From NCBI GenBank assembly GCA_014379205.1, contig JACMME010000294.1:1-24000 (forward strand): DNA of 24,000 bases, given 5' to 3'. Each line of letters begins with the position of its first letter. Position 1 is the first letter of the stretch. Position numbers and translations under genes: made by a program. Positions 7,930 to 16,926 of the stretch are shown here, piece by piece. The notes below the pieces were generated by a model. The model did no database searches. It saw nothing but the letters and a program-made list of their open reading frames with translations, and was not told the DNA's origin. This DNA is from Gemmatimonadaceae bacterium. GTDB lineage: Bacteria > Gemmatimonadota > Gemmatimonadetes > Gemmatimonadales > Gemmatimonadaceae.

Positions 7930-8598
7930 ATGCGCTTTTCAGTCAGAAGTGTCATTTCGACGACGGTTTTCGGGCTCTCTTTTGCCGCTGGACCTGGACT
8001 GTTGGTCGCCGGAGCCGACGGACAAGCAACTCGTCCAACGACGGTCCGTGCTTTGGGAACACCATCACATCAGGGCGCGATGCGCGCGGGTGACGCCATC
8101 CGACTGCGCATTTGGCGAGAGCCTGACATGTCGGGCGACTTCACCGTTGGCGCGGACGGAGTCGTGGTTCTCCCCCAACTTGGCTCCCTGAACGTAACTG
8201 AGCTCCCTCTCGACTCACTGCAACGGCACCTTGTATCCGCCTACTCCGTATTTTTGCGGAACCCATCCATTGACATCATTTTGTTGCGCCGGGTAAACGT
8301 CTCGGGCGCAGTACGAACCCCTGGGTTGTATCAGGTGGATGCGACCGTCAGCGTATCCGACGCGCTCTCACTCGCGGGCGGTCTCAGCGCGGACGCGAGA
8401 GAGAACGGAATCGAGCTCAGACGAAACGGCAGTCGCCTGGTCGCCAGTCTGTCGACGGCATCGCGCCTCGCCGATACTCCCATCCAGTCGGGCGATCAGA
8501 TTTTCGTTCGCCAGCGTAGCTGGGTTAGTCGCAACGCCGGCGTGGTTGCGGCAGGCATCTCGGCGACCGCTATCGTTGTCGCCAGCCTACTGCGGTGA
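7930..8598 (+). CDS. Polysaccharide export protein, short outer-membrane/periplasmic OPX form (Wza/GumB/EpsA-like)
   Basis: Signal-like N-terminus MRFSVRSVISTTVFGLSFAAGPGLLVAGA. Poly_export-type block GDAIRLRIWREPDMSGDFTVGADGVVVLPQLGSLNVTELPLDSLQ. SLBB-like block VNVSGAVRTPGLYQV...VSDALSLAGGL...IQSGDQIFV. Hydrophobic C-terminal helix AGVVAAGISATAIVVASLL. At 222 aa it is much shorter than E. coli Wza. Confidence 0.85.
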   Translation: MRFSVRSVISTTVFGLSFAAGPGLLVAGADGQATRPTTVRALGTPSHQGAMRAGDAIRLRIWREPDMSGDFTVGADGVVVLPQLGSLNVTELPLDSLQRHLVSAYSVFLRNPSIDIILLRRVNVSGAVRTPGLYQVDATVSVSDALSLAGGLSADARENGIELRRNGSRLVASLSTASRLADTPIQSGDQIFVRQRSWVSRNAGVVAAGISATAIVVASLLR

Positions 8599-11033
8599 TC
8601 AGGTCCGAGATGTCCGGATCTCAGCACCCCCGCGGCCTCATCAGCGAACGCGGACCCTCGTGGCCCGAGGAGCGTATCGCGGGTGCTACCGAAGGCGTGA
8701 CGGTCGGTGCTGCGTGGGAGATTCTACGTCGGCACTGGAAGCTGGTCTCCGTCTGCATCACTGCAGGTGTCCTCGCAGCTCTCTCTCTAGTTCTGCTGAC
8801 CACCCCGATTTACGAAGCAGCTGGGGCCATCAGAATTGAGAAAAAGGAAGTCAACATTCCATCGGTAATCCGGCGCTGGTCGTCCGACGGGGACTTGAGC
8901 AGCGAAATCGAGGAATTGGAGAGTCGCGAGCTTGCGAAGCATGTCGTCGACAGCCTGGGCCTACAGCTGCGTGTTCTGGAACCTCGTCAAGCTGCTGGGC
9001 GGGAGATCGTAGCGGAGTCAAAGGTCGACAGCCTACCTCCCGTTTCGGAACTCGTGCTGACACGAGAGTCCAGTGGTAGCTACCGCGTAACGTCTACCGA
9101 CAACGTTGCACCTCAAAGCGTCCGGCCTGGCGTTCGAACACGGCTTCCGGGAGTCACATTGACGCTCTCGACTGCCTTTTCGCCCCCCCGCGTGCGATTT
9201 TCACTGATGGATCGCGAGAGCGCAATCACCGCGGTGCGGGCCAATATGACCGTGACACGCGCGTCCCGTGACGCCAATGTGATAAGCTTACGCTACGCCG
9301 ACCCCGACCCCGTCGCGGCCGCGGCGATAGCGAATGCGATGCTCAACGGGTTTATCGCCGACCGCGATCGTGTCCGGACAACAGAGGCAAGGAGTACAGT
9401 TCGATTCCTGCATGAACAGCTCGACTTAATGTCGGAGCAACTGCGTTCCGCCGAAGATTCACTCCGCCGATTTCGCAATCGGGAGCGCGTCATAAGTCTT
9501 AGCGACGAGGCGCGAGCCGGAGTGACGAATCTGGCAGCATTGCAAGCGGAGCGCACCAGCGTAGCCGCCGAACGCGACGCTCTCGCATCGATGCTTCGAG
9601 AGACGGATATCGCGGCGCAATCGGACGGTGAATCGAAGCTGTATCGGCGCCTTGCGGCATATCCAAGCCTGATCGGTAATCCCGCGCTCTCAGATCTCTT
9701 GCGCTCACTGGCGACACTCGAGGATCAGCGATCGCAGCTGCTCGCACGACGAATGCCGGCAGATCCCGACGTGCAGGCCCTGGACGAGCGAGTTCGCGTG
9801 GTTGACGGACAGCTTCGGATGCTGACCGCGTCGTATCTGTCTGGCCTCACGAGCAAGACGGCCTCGCTCGATCAGGCGTTACGCGATCGCGAGAACGAAC
9901 TCCGCGATATTCCTGACAAAGAGATGGAGTACGCGAGGCTGGAACGAACGCCCAAGGTGCTGGAGCAGAGCTACGTTCAGCTGCAATCGCGTCTGAAGGA
10001 GTCAGAGGTCGCGCAAGCGATCGAGGACCCCAGCATTCGCATCCTCGACCACGCGGTGGCACCACAAGAGCCAATTCGTCCTCGTCCCCTCTTTTACCTC
10101 TTCGGAGGGATGCTGACGGGGTTGGTATTCGGCGTAACCGGAGCATTCTTCCGCCAGTACGACGACAAACGCCTGCACAGCCGCGCCGATGTTATACGTG
10201 TCACTGGAGCACCCGTGGTAGGACTCATCCCACAAGTACGCCGTCCTCGCAATCATACTTTCCGAGGCGCGACGCGAAAGGCGCTACTCGGACACGCAAG
10301 CCCGTCGCCCGGCGGAGCCATGCTTGCGGCGGACCGCCAACTCGAACAATCGGACGAGGAATCGGTGCTTCGCGACGCGTACTCCTGGTTTGAGTCTCGG
10401 CTGTCCATCGCCAACAAGACGCGAGGATTCCAAAGTCTGCTCTTCGCGAGCGCAGTGCCCGGTGAGGGCAAAACAACTACGGCCGCGAACCTGGCGATAC
10501 TGCTTGCGCGGCGCGGACACCGGGTGCTACTGGTGGACGCGGATATGCGTTGCGGTTCTCTGGCCAAGATGTTTGGTCGCACCCCTATCCACGGATTGAC
10601 GAGCCTTTTGCAGGACGAAGTCCAGGTGGAGGAGACGATCGAAACCATCGCCGTCGATGAGCACGGCCACGCTGTTGACCTACTCGACTCGGGGCCGCGC
10701 GTATCGGATGTCGTGCGCCTGCTGCGCTCGCCGCAACTAGGCAAGGTGTTGCGTCTGCTCGAGTCGTCGTATGAGATCGTGATCGTGGATTCGCCACCGC
10801 TCAACCTGGTTCCCGATGCCGCAGTACTTGCGGGCGAAATCGGAGGAGTTGTGCTCGTCGTCCGCGCAGGCGCGACGGATGTTGACGCGCTCGCCTATGC
10901 CATGGAGCAGTTGCACGCAGTGTCTGCGCCTGTAATTGGCACCTTGCTGAACGGCATCGACCCGGAGCGTGAGACCTCGTACGACGGCGCTTACCGCTAC
11001 CTCGGCGCCTCGAAGTACGCCAATGCCGGCTAG
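8595..11033 (+). CDS. Polysaccharide co-polymerase fused to a BY tyrosine kinase (Wzc/GumC/EpsB-like)
   Basis: N-terminal Wzz-type region with TM1 (LVSVCITAGVLAALSLVLLTT). A long coiled-coil periplasmic domain follows, then a second TM (LFYLFGGMLTGLVFGVTGAFF). The kinase domain has Walker A GEGKTT (nt 10461-10478), Walker A' VLLVDADMR, and Walker B IVIVDSPPLNLVPDA. The C-terminal tail is Tyr-rich (SYDGAYRYLGASKYANAG). The start is GTG 8595, overlapping the upstream stop as GTGA, or ATG 8610. Confidence 0.9.
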   Translation: MIRSEMSGSQHPRGLISERGPSWPEERIAGATEGVTVGAAWEILRRHWKLVSVCITAGVLAALSLVLLTTPIYEAAGAIRIEKKEVNIPSVIRRWSSDGDLSSEIEELESRELAKHVVDSLGLQLRVLEPRQAAGREIVAESKVDSLPPVSELVLTRESSGSYRVTSTDNVAPQSVRPGVRTRLPGVTLTLSTAFSPPRVRFSLMDRESAITAVRANMTVTRASRDANVISLRYADPDPVAAAAIANAMLNGFIADRDRVRTTEARSTVRFLHEQLDLMSEQLRSAEDSLRRFRNRERVISLSDEARAGVTNLAALQAERTSVAAERDALASMLRETDIAAQSDGESKLYRRLAAYPSLIGNPALSDLLRSLATLEDQRSQLLARRMPADPDVQALDERVRVVDGQLRMLTASYLSGLTSKTASLDQALRDRENELRDIPDKEMEYARLERTPKVLEQSYVQLQSRLKESEVAQAIEDPSIRILDHAVAPQEPIRPRPLFYLFGGMLTGLVFGVTGAFFRQYDDKRLHSRADVIRVTGAPVVGLIPQVRRPRNHTFRGATRKALLGHASPSPGGAMLAADRQLEQSDEESVLRDAYSWFESRLSIANKTRGFQSLLFASAVPGEGKTTTAANLAILLARRGHRVLLVDADMRCGSLAKMFGRTPIHGLTSLLQDEVQVEETIETIAVDEHGHAVDLLDSGPRVSDVVRLLRSPQLGKVLRLLESSYEIVIVDSPPLNLVPDAAVLAGEIGGVVLVVRAGATDVDALAYAMEQLHAVSAPVIGTLLNGIDPERETSYDGAYRYLGASKYANAG

Positions 11034-11075
11034 GCGAACAGAGACGAAACTGGCAGACGCAGGCTGCACGGTGAA

Positions 11076-12398
11076 GTGATCAGCACGGCGAGACAAATTC
11101 CTGCCGGCGTCGCGCGACTTTTGGTCGTCTGGCCGTCGAAGGCTGCTTTGGCGATGCTGATCAATCCCTCCCTGCTCTTCCCCATCTCGCTTGCAGCGCT
11201 TGCCTTCTTCCCGCCTGATTACGTGGCGCCGCCGTTCGACCGACTTATGCTTGGCGTGCTGTGCGTGGCGACGTTTTGGCATATGCTCCTGACGCGCTCG
11301 GCAGTCTTGTTTCTGGAGCCGGTGGTAGTGCCGCTCGCGCTGCTGGCGCTTATTTCGATTGCCAGCGCGGCGACCGCCCCGTACGAGCAGCAGGCGTGGA
11401 GTCTGCTCGCTGCCAAGTACGTTGTGCCGCTCGTGATGTTCTTCGTCGCCAGATACGTGTTCAGAGATGATAAGGCGGTACAGCGCTTCTTCATTGCGGG
11501 TAACATCCTGCTGGCGTACTTGGTCTTTACCGCCATCGCGTCGCTGACGGGCGCTGATTCGGTTGTGTTCCCGCACTTCATCCTGGACGAATCGATCGGC
11601 CGTCATACCGACCGAGCACGCGGACCTTTCATTCAGGCGGTGGCCAACGGCACCGCCCTCACAATGCTCGCGCTGCTAGCGTGGTATTACTGGAAACGTC
11701 GCCATTTTCGCGGCGTACTTGCCGCCCTGTTCGCGGCCACGCTGCCGTTCGCCATCGTCGCTACCTTGACACGCGCGGTATGGCTCGCGTTCGCATGCTC
11801 ATTCGCACTTGTCACACTGAACTCAAAGGACCGTGCGGCGCGCCGCGTTGGCGTGTTCGGCGCGAGCGTCGCCATGATCGGCCTGGCGCTACTCCTCGCT
11901 GTCCCATCCTTTCGGCGAACGATCGTGGAGCGAGCCGAAGAGAGTGGTCCAGTCGAGTTTCGGCTTGCTGTTTATCGAGGCGCCGGAGCCATGTTCCAGG
12001 AGCGGCCGTTACTGGGTTCTGGCACGAATTCGTCAGCCACTCAGCTGCGAGACCATGTGCAAGGCTACAGGCTGGAGAGCGCACCAGTACACAACACCTA
12101 CCTGGAAGTCGCGCTCGAGCATGGCCTGATCGGGCTCGCGCTCTACGTGTCATCGCTCGTCATGCTCCTACGCCTCGGTCGGCGCCTGCCAAAACAGTCG
12201 TCGCCTTCGTCGCCGTTCCTCACCGACGAGTTTCTGTTGATCTGGCGCGCCCTCGTACTCGTGTTCTTCATCAACAGCCTGTTCGTGATCATGAACTATC
12301 AGTACATCAACGCCCTCCTTTTTAGCGTCGCAGGAATGATCCGTGCCCAGGAGGCGCGCGTCTCGCCCACCCCTGCCTACTCGTTGGCTCACCGTTAG
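11076..12398 (+). CDS. O-antigen ligase / Wzy-like polytopic membrane protein (probable repeat-unit polymerase)
   Basis: A membrane protein of about 10-12 TM helices. It carries the Wzy_C/O-antigen-ligase signature region (TLTRAVWLAFACSFALV, then a soluble loop, then PVHNTYLEVALEHGLIGLALYV). The start is GTG 11076 or ATG 11154. Confidence 0.75.
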   Translation: MISTARQIPAGVARLLVVWPSKAALAMLINPSLLFPISLAALAFFPPDYVAPPFDRLMLGVLCVATFWHMLLTRSAVLFLEPVVVPLALLALISIASAATAPYEQQAWSLLAAKYVVPLVMFFVARYVFRDDKAVQRFFIAGNILLAYLVFTAIASLTGADSVVFPHFILDESIGRHTDRARGPFIQAVANGTALTMLALLAWYYWKRRHFRGVLAALFAATLPFAIVATLTRAVWLAFACSFALVTLNSKDRAARRVGVFGASVAMIGLALLLAVPSFRRTIVERAEESGPVEFRLAVYRGAGAMFQERPLLGSGTNSSATQLRDHVQGYRLESAPVHNTYLEVALEHGLIGLALYVSSLVMLLRLGRRLPKQSSPSSPFLTDEFLLIWRALVLVFFINSLFVIMNYQYINALLFSVAGMIRAQEARVSPTPAYSLAHR

Positions 12399-14419
12399 TG
12401 ATCCCCGACTTGCGACCGCTCGCTCGCCATCCACGCTCCATTGCGCGCCTGGTGCGGAAAGCTGTCGCATTCGCAGGAAAAGTTCGGCGGCGTGGCTCGC
12501 CCTACGTGACTTCGACGGCGAAATTCTACGCGTCCGCTTTCGTGCTGCGGATGGATCATTGGGTTTCGGGTACCTCGCTCGGCCGGCGTGCTGCTCAGGC
12601 CGGACTGCGGCGCATCGGAGCGCTACCGTCGGACCACACCCTGGTTCGTTTATACTTTCAATCGCGCCGCGCTCCGAGCTTTCACTTCTCCGAGTCCGAC
12701 ATCGCCGGTATTATCGATTCCGTCCCGATGCCGCTCAAACTCGAGACGATTGGCTCGGCCGAAGCAATCGTGCGGGGACGGTTCGCTTTTCGTGAGTTGG
12801 GGCAGCTGGTATTCGAGAGCGAAGTCGACTGGCGCGCCACGATTGACGATAACGTTTCATGGCGCTGGGACCTCAATCGACACCGCTATTTCATCGAACT
12901 GGCGACCGCTCACCACTACACGGGGGAGAGGCGCTACCTCAGCCGCTTGAGCGCGTTGTGGGAGCATTGGATCGCACGCAACCCCAGTGATGGCGAGACA
13001 AACTGGGACCAGCCTTTCGAGGTGGCAGCCCGCTTGAACAACTGGCTCTGGGCATTCTTTTTACTGTTGCAGGCGTCGAGGAAAGAGGAAGTGCGGTGGG
13101 TGGAGATCGTGTCTTCAATGACGGAGCACGCGGCACATCTCTACAGGACCCTCGAATACCACTGGCCCAACAATCATCTCCTGCTCGAGGCGAAAGCTCT
13201 GATGGAGTTCGGCATGCTCTTTCCGGAGTTCGATCCTGATCGACGCTTCCTCCGACGTGGACGCGCAATATTACTTCGCGAGATCGAGTGCGAAGTGCTG
13301 CCAGATGGAGGCCACTCCGAGCTTTCCTCGATGTATCACCGCATAGTCGCGGGCGAACTTTCTGAGTGGCTGCTCGTCGCGCGACGCAACAGCATCTCCA
13401 TCCCGGATGCGCTCGCGGAGCGCATTGCGCGAATGGCTTCCGTGACTGCGGCGCTATCCCGACCCGACGGCACCGTGGCGTTGCTCGGCGACTCTGCCGC
13501 GGACGACAATTACATCCGTTTCGATCCGGCTCGGCGGGATGCGCGACACCTGAACTATTGGCTCCTTCCAGAGCCGTCAGTGCCCGCATCGCGCGCCGTC
13601 ACCACAACGACGGAGTTGCTTACCCTTCTCCCAGACATGGGATACGCCGTCATCCGGGACCAAATCACCGACGCCAAGGTTCACATTACGGTTGATGTGG
13701 GTCAATTCATCCGTAATCCGGCGCCTGATCACGGACACTGCGATGCGCTCTCGTTCGAGCTGTACGCGGGCGATCGACCGCTCCTGATCGATCCGGGTGT
13801 CTTCTTCCCCAATCGGGATGCTGGCCCATGGAGGCAGTATTTCCGCGGAACGAGCGCGCACAATACCGTCAGCATCGATGGCCGTGAGCAAAGTGAGCTG
13901 CTCGCGATGTCTGACGTGGGTGATCGGGCTGAGGTCCGGCTTCTCGGTTCGAGCTCGGCCGGGCGCACCGCGACGGTTCGTGCGAGCGTGCGTCCGTACT
14001 GGGCAGCAACGGCAGCGGACGTGCTCCACACGCGGGCTATTCGATACACTTCCCCAGGATCCATTGACGTCGAGGACGACATCACGGGTGCCGGAGAGCA
14101 TACGCTCACCTGGCACTATCACTTCGCCGCGGACCTGGACGTGAGTATGGACGAGGAGAGGGGCTGTGAGGCGCGCGACAGCGGCGGACGGATTGTGCTG
14201 CACATTGCTCCAGTCTCGACCAACGGGAACCTCAGCGGACGCCTGGTTCGCGGCTGTAATCTACCAAGGCTCGGTTGGGTGTCGCTCAACTCGACTTTGG
14301 TGTCGCCCACAACGGTCGCGGTCTACGAGGTCCGGCGAGCGCTGCCGTTTCGCGCTGAATTCAAGATTACATGCTTGTTGCCGCGTACATCTGGCAGCGG
14401 TGACCAACCCGCTCGATGA
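12398..14419 (+). CDS. Heparinase II/III-like protein (alpha/alpha-toroid N-domain plus Hepar_II_III beta-sandwich)
   Basis: Blocks I recognise from the heparinase II/III family: VDWRATIDDNVSWRWDLNRHRYFIELATAHHYTGERRYL, WEHWIARNP...NWDQPFEVAARLNNWLWAF, YHWPNNHLLLEAKALMEFGMLFPEF, PDGGHSELSSMYHRIV, PDHGHCDALSFELYAGDRPLLIDPG, FRGTSAHNTVSIDG. No signal peptide or TM helix is visible at the N-terminus. GTG 12398 overlaps the upstream TAG by 1 nt. Confidence 0.8.
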   Translation: MIPDLRPLARHPRSIARLVRKAVAFAGKVRRRGSPYVTSTAKFYASAFVLRMDHWVSGTSLGRRAAQAGLRRIGALPSDHTLVRLYFQSRRAPSFHFSESDIAGIIDSVPMPLKLETIGSAEAIVRGRFAFRELGQLVFESEVDWRATIDDNVSWRWDLNRHRYFIELATAHHYTGERRYLSRLSALWEHWIARNPSDGETNWDQPFEVAARLNNWLWAFFLLLQASRKEEVRWVEIVSSMTEHAAHLYRTLEYHWPNNHLLLEAKALMEFGMLFPEFDPDRRFLRRGRAILLREIECEVLPDGGHSELSSMYHRIVAGELSEWLLVARRNSISIPDALAERIARMASVTAALSRPDGTVALLGDSAADDNYIRFDPARRDARHLNYWLLPEPSVPASRAVTTTTELLTLLPDMGYAVIRDQITDAKVHITVDVGQFIRNPAPDHGHCDALSFELYAGDRPLLIDPGVFFPNRDAGPWRQYFRGTSAHNTVSIDGREQSELLAMSDVGDRAEVRLLGSSSAGRTATVRASVRPYWAATAADVLHTRAIRYTSPGSIDVEDDITGAGEHTLTWHYHFAADLDVSMDEERGCEARDSGGRIVLHIAPVSTNGNLSGRLVRGCNLPRLGWVSLNSTLVSPTTVAVYEVRRALPFRAEFKITCLLPRTSGSGDQPAR

Positions 14420-15666
14420 TCGCTGCCGCTGGGCCTACTGTCGCGTACCTGTCCCACTGGTTCCCGGCGCTGAGTGAACGCTACGTGCCGCAGCAGATAG
14501 ATGCGATACGCGCTCGCGGGATTGGTGTGTTGGTGATTGCAGTCAAGCAACCGCTGTCGTCCGGCTTTCTCCGGGAGGCGGCGCAGTACGCCGCCGAGTG
14601 CACCTACATCACACCGCTGCGGCCACGGACTTTGCTTTTGGCAATCCTCGATTGCCTCCGTGATGCGGGGAAGTTGCGCGATATCTACGCTCGTGTGCTC
14701 TGGGGCGGACGCGAGAATATTCCACGCCGCATGAAGGCGCTGATGCACACATTTCTTGGAGCGTACCTGGCGCGAGTCCTCCGCGGACGGGCCACGCACA
14801 TTCACGCGAATCACGGCTATTTCCCGGCATGGGCGGCCATGGTCGCGAGCCGACTCACAGGCATACCATACAGCCTGACCCTGCACGGCTCGGACCTGCT
14901 GGTTGACCAGATCTACATCGACCTCAAGGCGCGCAACGCATGCTTCGTTGTAACAATCTCCGACTTCAACAAACGCTTTCTCCTTGACCGCGTGCCAGGA
15001 TTGCCGTCCGAGCGGGTAGTCGTCAATCGCCTCGGCATCGACCCGAATGGGTCGCGCGAACTCGTCGGGCGCAGGCAAGAAGGTTCTCGCCCCTTCGTAA
15101 TTCTGACAGTGGGTCGGCTTCACGCGGTCAAGAACCAGGAGTTTCTCCTAGAGGCTTGTCGACTGCTGGCAGACGACGGGTTGGAGTTCGTCTGTCGAAT
15201 AGTAGGAGCCGGGCCAACTGAGAAATCTCTCGCGGCAAAGATCGAGCGCCTCCAACTGGGGAACCGGGTTACGCTCGCAGGCAACATGCCGAGCGCAGAC
15301 GTGGCTCGAGAGTATGAGAGAGCTGACCTGTTTGTTCTGACAAGCCGCAGCGAAGGCCTCCCAATCGTTCTCATCGAGGCGATGTCTCATGGTGTGCCGG
15401 TACTCGCCCCAGCCATCACCGGCATCCCGGAGCTCGTGACGGACGGATTGACAGGTGCACTGTACACGCCCAACGATCTGGACGATCTGGTCGCCCGGAT
15501 TCGCGCAGCGGCGACGCTGAGTGAGATGGAGCGCGATCTCCTGCGACGTCGCGCTCGCGAGCGTGTGCTCGCGGACTACGATGGAACCATCAACACCGCG
15601 GAATTCGCGAAACTGTTCGAGACGCCCTGCTCGGCAGCACCCGTTCGTGTCGGCCGGGGTGATTGA
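14416..15666 (+). CDS. Glycosyltransferase family 4 (GT-B), WcaL-like architecture
   Basis: The C-terminal Glycos_transf_1 core reads LTVGRLHAVKNQEFLLEA...ADLFVLTSRSEGLPIVLIEAMSHGVPVLAPAITGIPELVTDGLTGAL. The N-domain (VAYLSHWFPALSERYV...HIHANHGYFPAWAAMV...SLTLHGSDL) resembles the colanic-acid WcaL type from memory. The ATG overlaps the upstream stop as ATGA. Confidence 0.85.
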   Translation: MIAAAGPTVAYLSHWFPALSERYVPQQIDAIRARGIGVLVIAVKQPLSSGFLREAAQYAAECTYITPLRPRTLLLAILDCLRDAGKLRDIYARVLWGGRENIPRRMKALMHTFLGAYLARVLRGRATHIHANHGYFPAWAAMVASRLTGIPYSLTLHGSDLLVDQIYIDLKARNACFVVTISDFNKRFLLDRVPGLPSERVVVNRLGIDPNGSRELVGRRQEGSRPFVILTVGRLHAVKNQEFLLEACRLLADDGLEFVCRIVGAGPTEKSLAAKIERLQLGNRVTLAGNMPSADVAREYERADLFVLTSRSEGLPIVLIEAMSHGVPVLAPAITGIPELVTDGLTGALYTPNDLDDLVARIRAAATLSEMERDLLRRRARERVLADYDGTINTAEFAKLFETPCSAAPVRVGRGD

Positions 15667-16916
15667 TGAAGGTCCTATTCTGCAACAAGTTCAACTTCGA
15701 GTTCAGTGGTACCGAAGTCTATTTGTTCGGGCTGATGGAGTTGCTATCGAGCCACGGTCACGAGCTCGGAATGTTCTCGATGACGCACGTTTCGAATCGA
15801 CCGTCGGAATTCGCCGGAGACTTCGTGCCGTACGCCGACTTCAAGGACGGAAGGCACGACATTCTCGAAAGAATTCGTCTAGCGGGACGCGCCATCTATT
15901 CCATCCAGTCTCGACGTAGCCTTCGCGCACTTCTGCGAAAATTTCGACCTGATATCGCGCACGTGCGAAACATCTACCATCACATCTCGCCTTCCATTCT
16001 ATGGGAGCTGCGGCAGAGCGACATTCCAGTTGTGTACCACCTGAATGACTTCAAGCTGCTCTGTCCCAACTACAATCTCGTCGCGCACGGAAGCGTCTGT
16101 GAGAGGTGCGCGAGTGGCGCATTTCACAACGTGGTGCGAGTGCGCTGCCACTCTAGTTCGCTCGCCAGCAACCTCGTGCTCGCCAGCGAGGCGTACCTTC
16201 ACCGTTGGCTTGGCACGTACGAGAAATGCGTGACGCGCTTCATTGCCCCCAGCGAGTTTTGCCGTGCCAAATTGATCGAGTACGGATGGCCGGGCGATCG
16301 GATCGACGTGATGTATCACTTTCAACGAATCCCGCCCGAGGCGGTTGCGCCGGTCGATGGCGACCACGATTACATCCTCTATAGCGGCCGCCTCTCCGTC
16401 GAGAAAGGCATTCTTGACCTGCTCGACGCGATGACGAAGCTGCGAGATATGCGGTTAATAGTCGCTGGTGAGGGTCCACAGCGACCGGAGATCGAGCAAG
16501 TGATCGCCGACCGAGGGCTTACCAATGTGCAACTGGTCGGGTGGGTCGGGCGCGAAGAATTGAATCGTCTCGGACGGAACGCCCGGTTTAGCGTCATGCC
16601 TTCGCGCGTCTACGAGACTCTCGGAAAGGTGATTCTGGAGTCCTATGCGCTAGGGCGGCCGGTAGTCGCGAGTCGGCTCGGGACGCGACCCGAACTCGTG
16701 GCGGATGGCAAAACGGGACTGCTCTTTGATCCGGCCAGTTCGCATGACCTCGCCGAGAAGATCGCCTACCTCTTCGCACGACCCCAGCTGGCCCGGGAAA
16801 TGGGTGAGAATGGTCAGCGCCTCATTCGCGAACGGCATTCGCCTGAAAAGCACTATAAGGAGCTGATGGCGATTTATCAGAAGGCGAGCGCGTCTTGGAC
16901 GCCGCAGCAATCATGA
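15666..16916 (+). CDS. Glycosyltransferase family 4 (GT-B) with a four-Cys insertion in the N-domain
   Basis: Core SGRLSVEKGILDLLDA...RFSVMPSRVYETLGKVILESYALGRPVVASRLGTRPELVADGKTGLLF. Cys motif C-x11-C-x2-C-x12-C at nt 16062-16148. ATG 15666 shares one base with the upstream TGA (TGATG); the track start at 15663 is a TTG. Confidence 0.85.
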   Translation: MKVLFCNKFNFEFSGTEVYLFGLMELLSSHGHELGMFSMTHVSNRPSEFAGDFVPYADFKDGRHDILERIRLAGRAIYSIQSRRSLRALLRKFRPDIAHVRNIYHHISPSILWELRQSDIPVVYHLNDFKLLCPNYNLVAHGSVCERCASGAFHNVVRVRCHSSSLASNLVLASEAYLHRWLGTYEKCVTRFIAPSEFCRAKLIEYGWPGDRIDVMYHFQRIPPEAVAPVDGDHDYILYSGRLSVEKGILDLLDAMTKLRDMRLIVAGEGPQRPEIEQVIADRGLTNVQLVGWVGREELNRLGRNARFSVMPSRVYETLGKVILESYALGRPVVASRLGTRPELVADGKTGLLFDPASSHDLAEKIAYLFARPQLAREMGENGQRLIRERHSPEKHYKELMAIYQKASASWTPQQS

Positions 16917-16926
16917 TCGAGGAGCC

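Noticed and set aside
10737-11606. 289-aa minus-strand ORF spanning the wzc 3' end and the Wzy-like 5' end
   Set aside because: The composition is Arg/His/Gln/Glu-rich and low in complexity. It is antisense to two well-supported genes. This is a typical high-GC shadow ORF.
12939-15123. Minus-strand ORFs 12939..13589, 13577..14203, 13729..14109 and 14323..15123
   Set aside because: They are antisense to the heparinase-like and GT4 genes, are Arg/Pro-rich, and carry no motifs.
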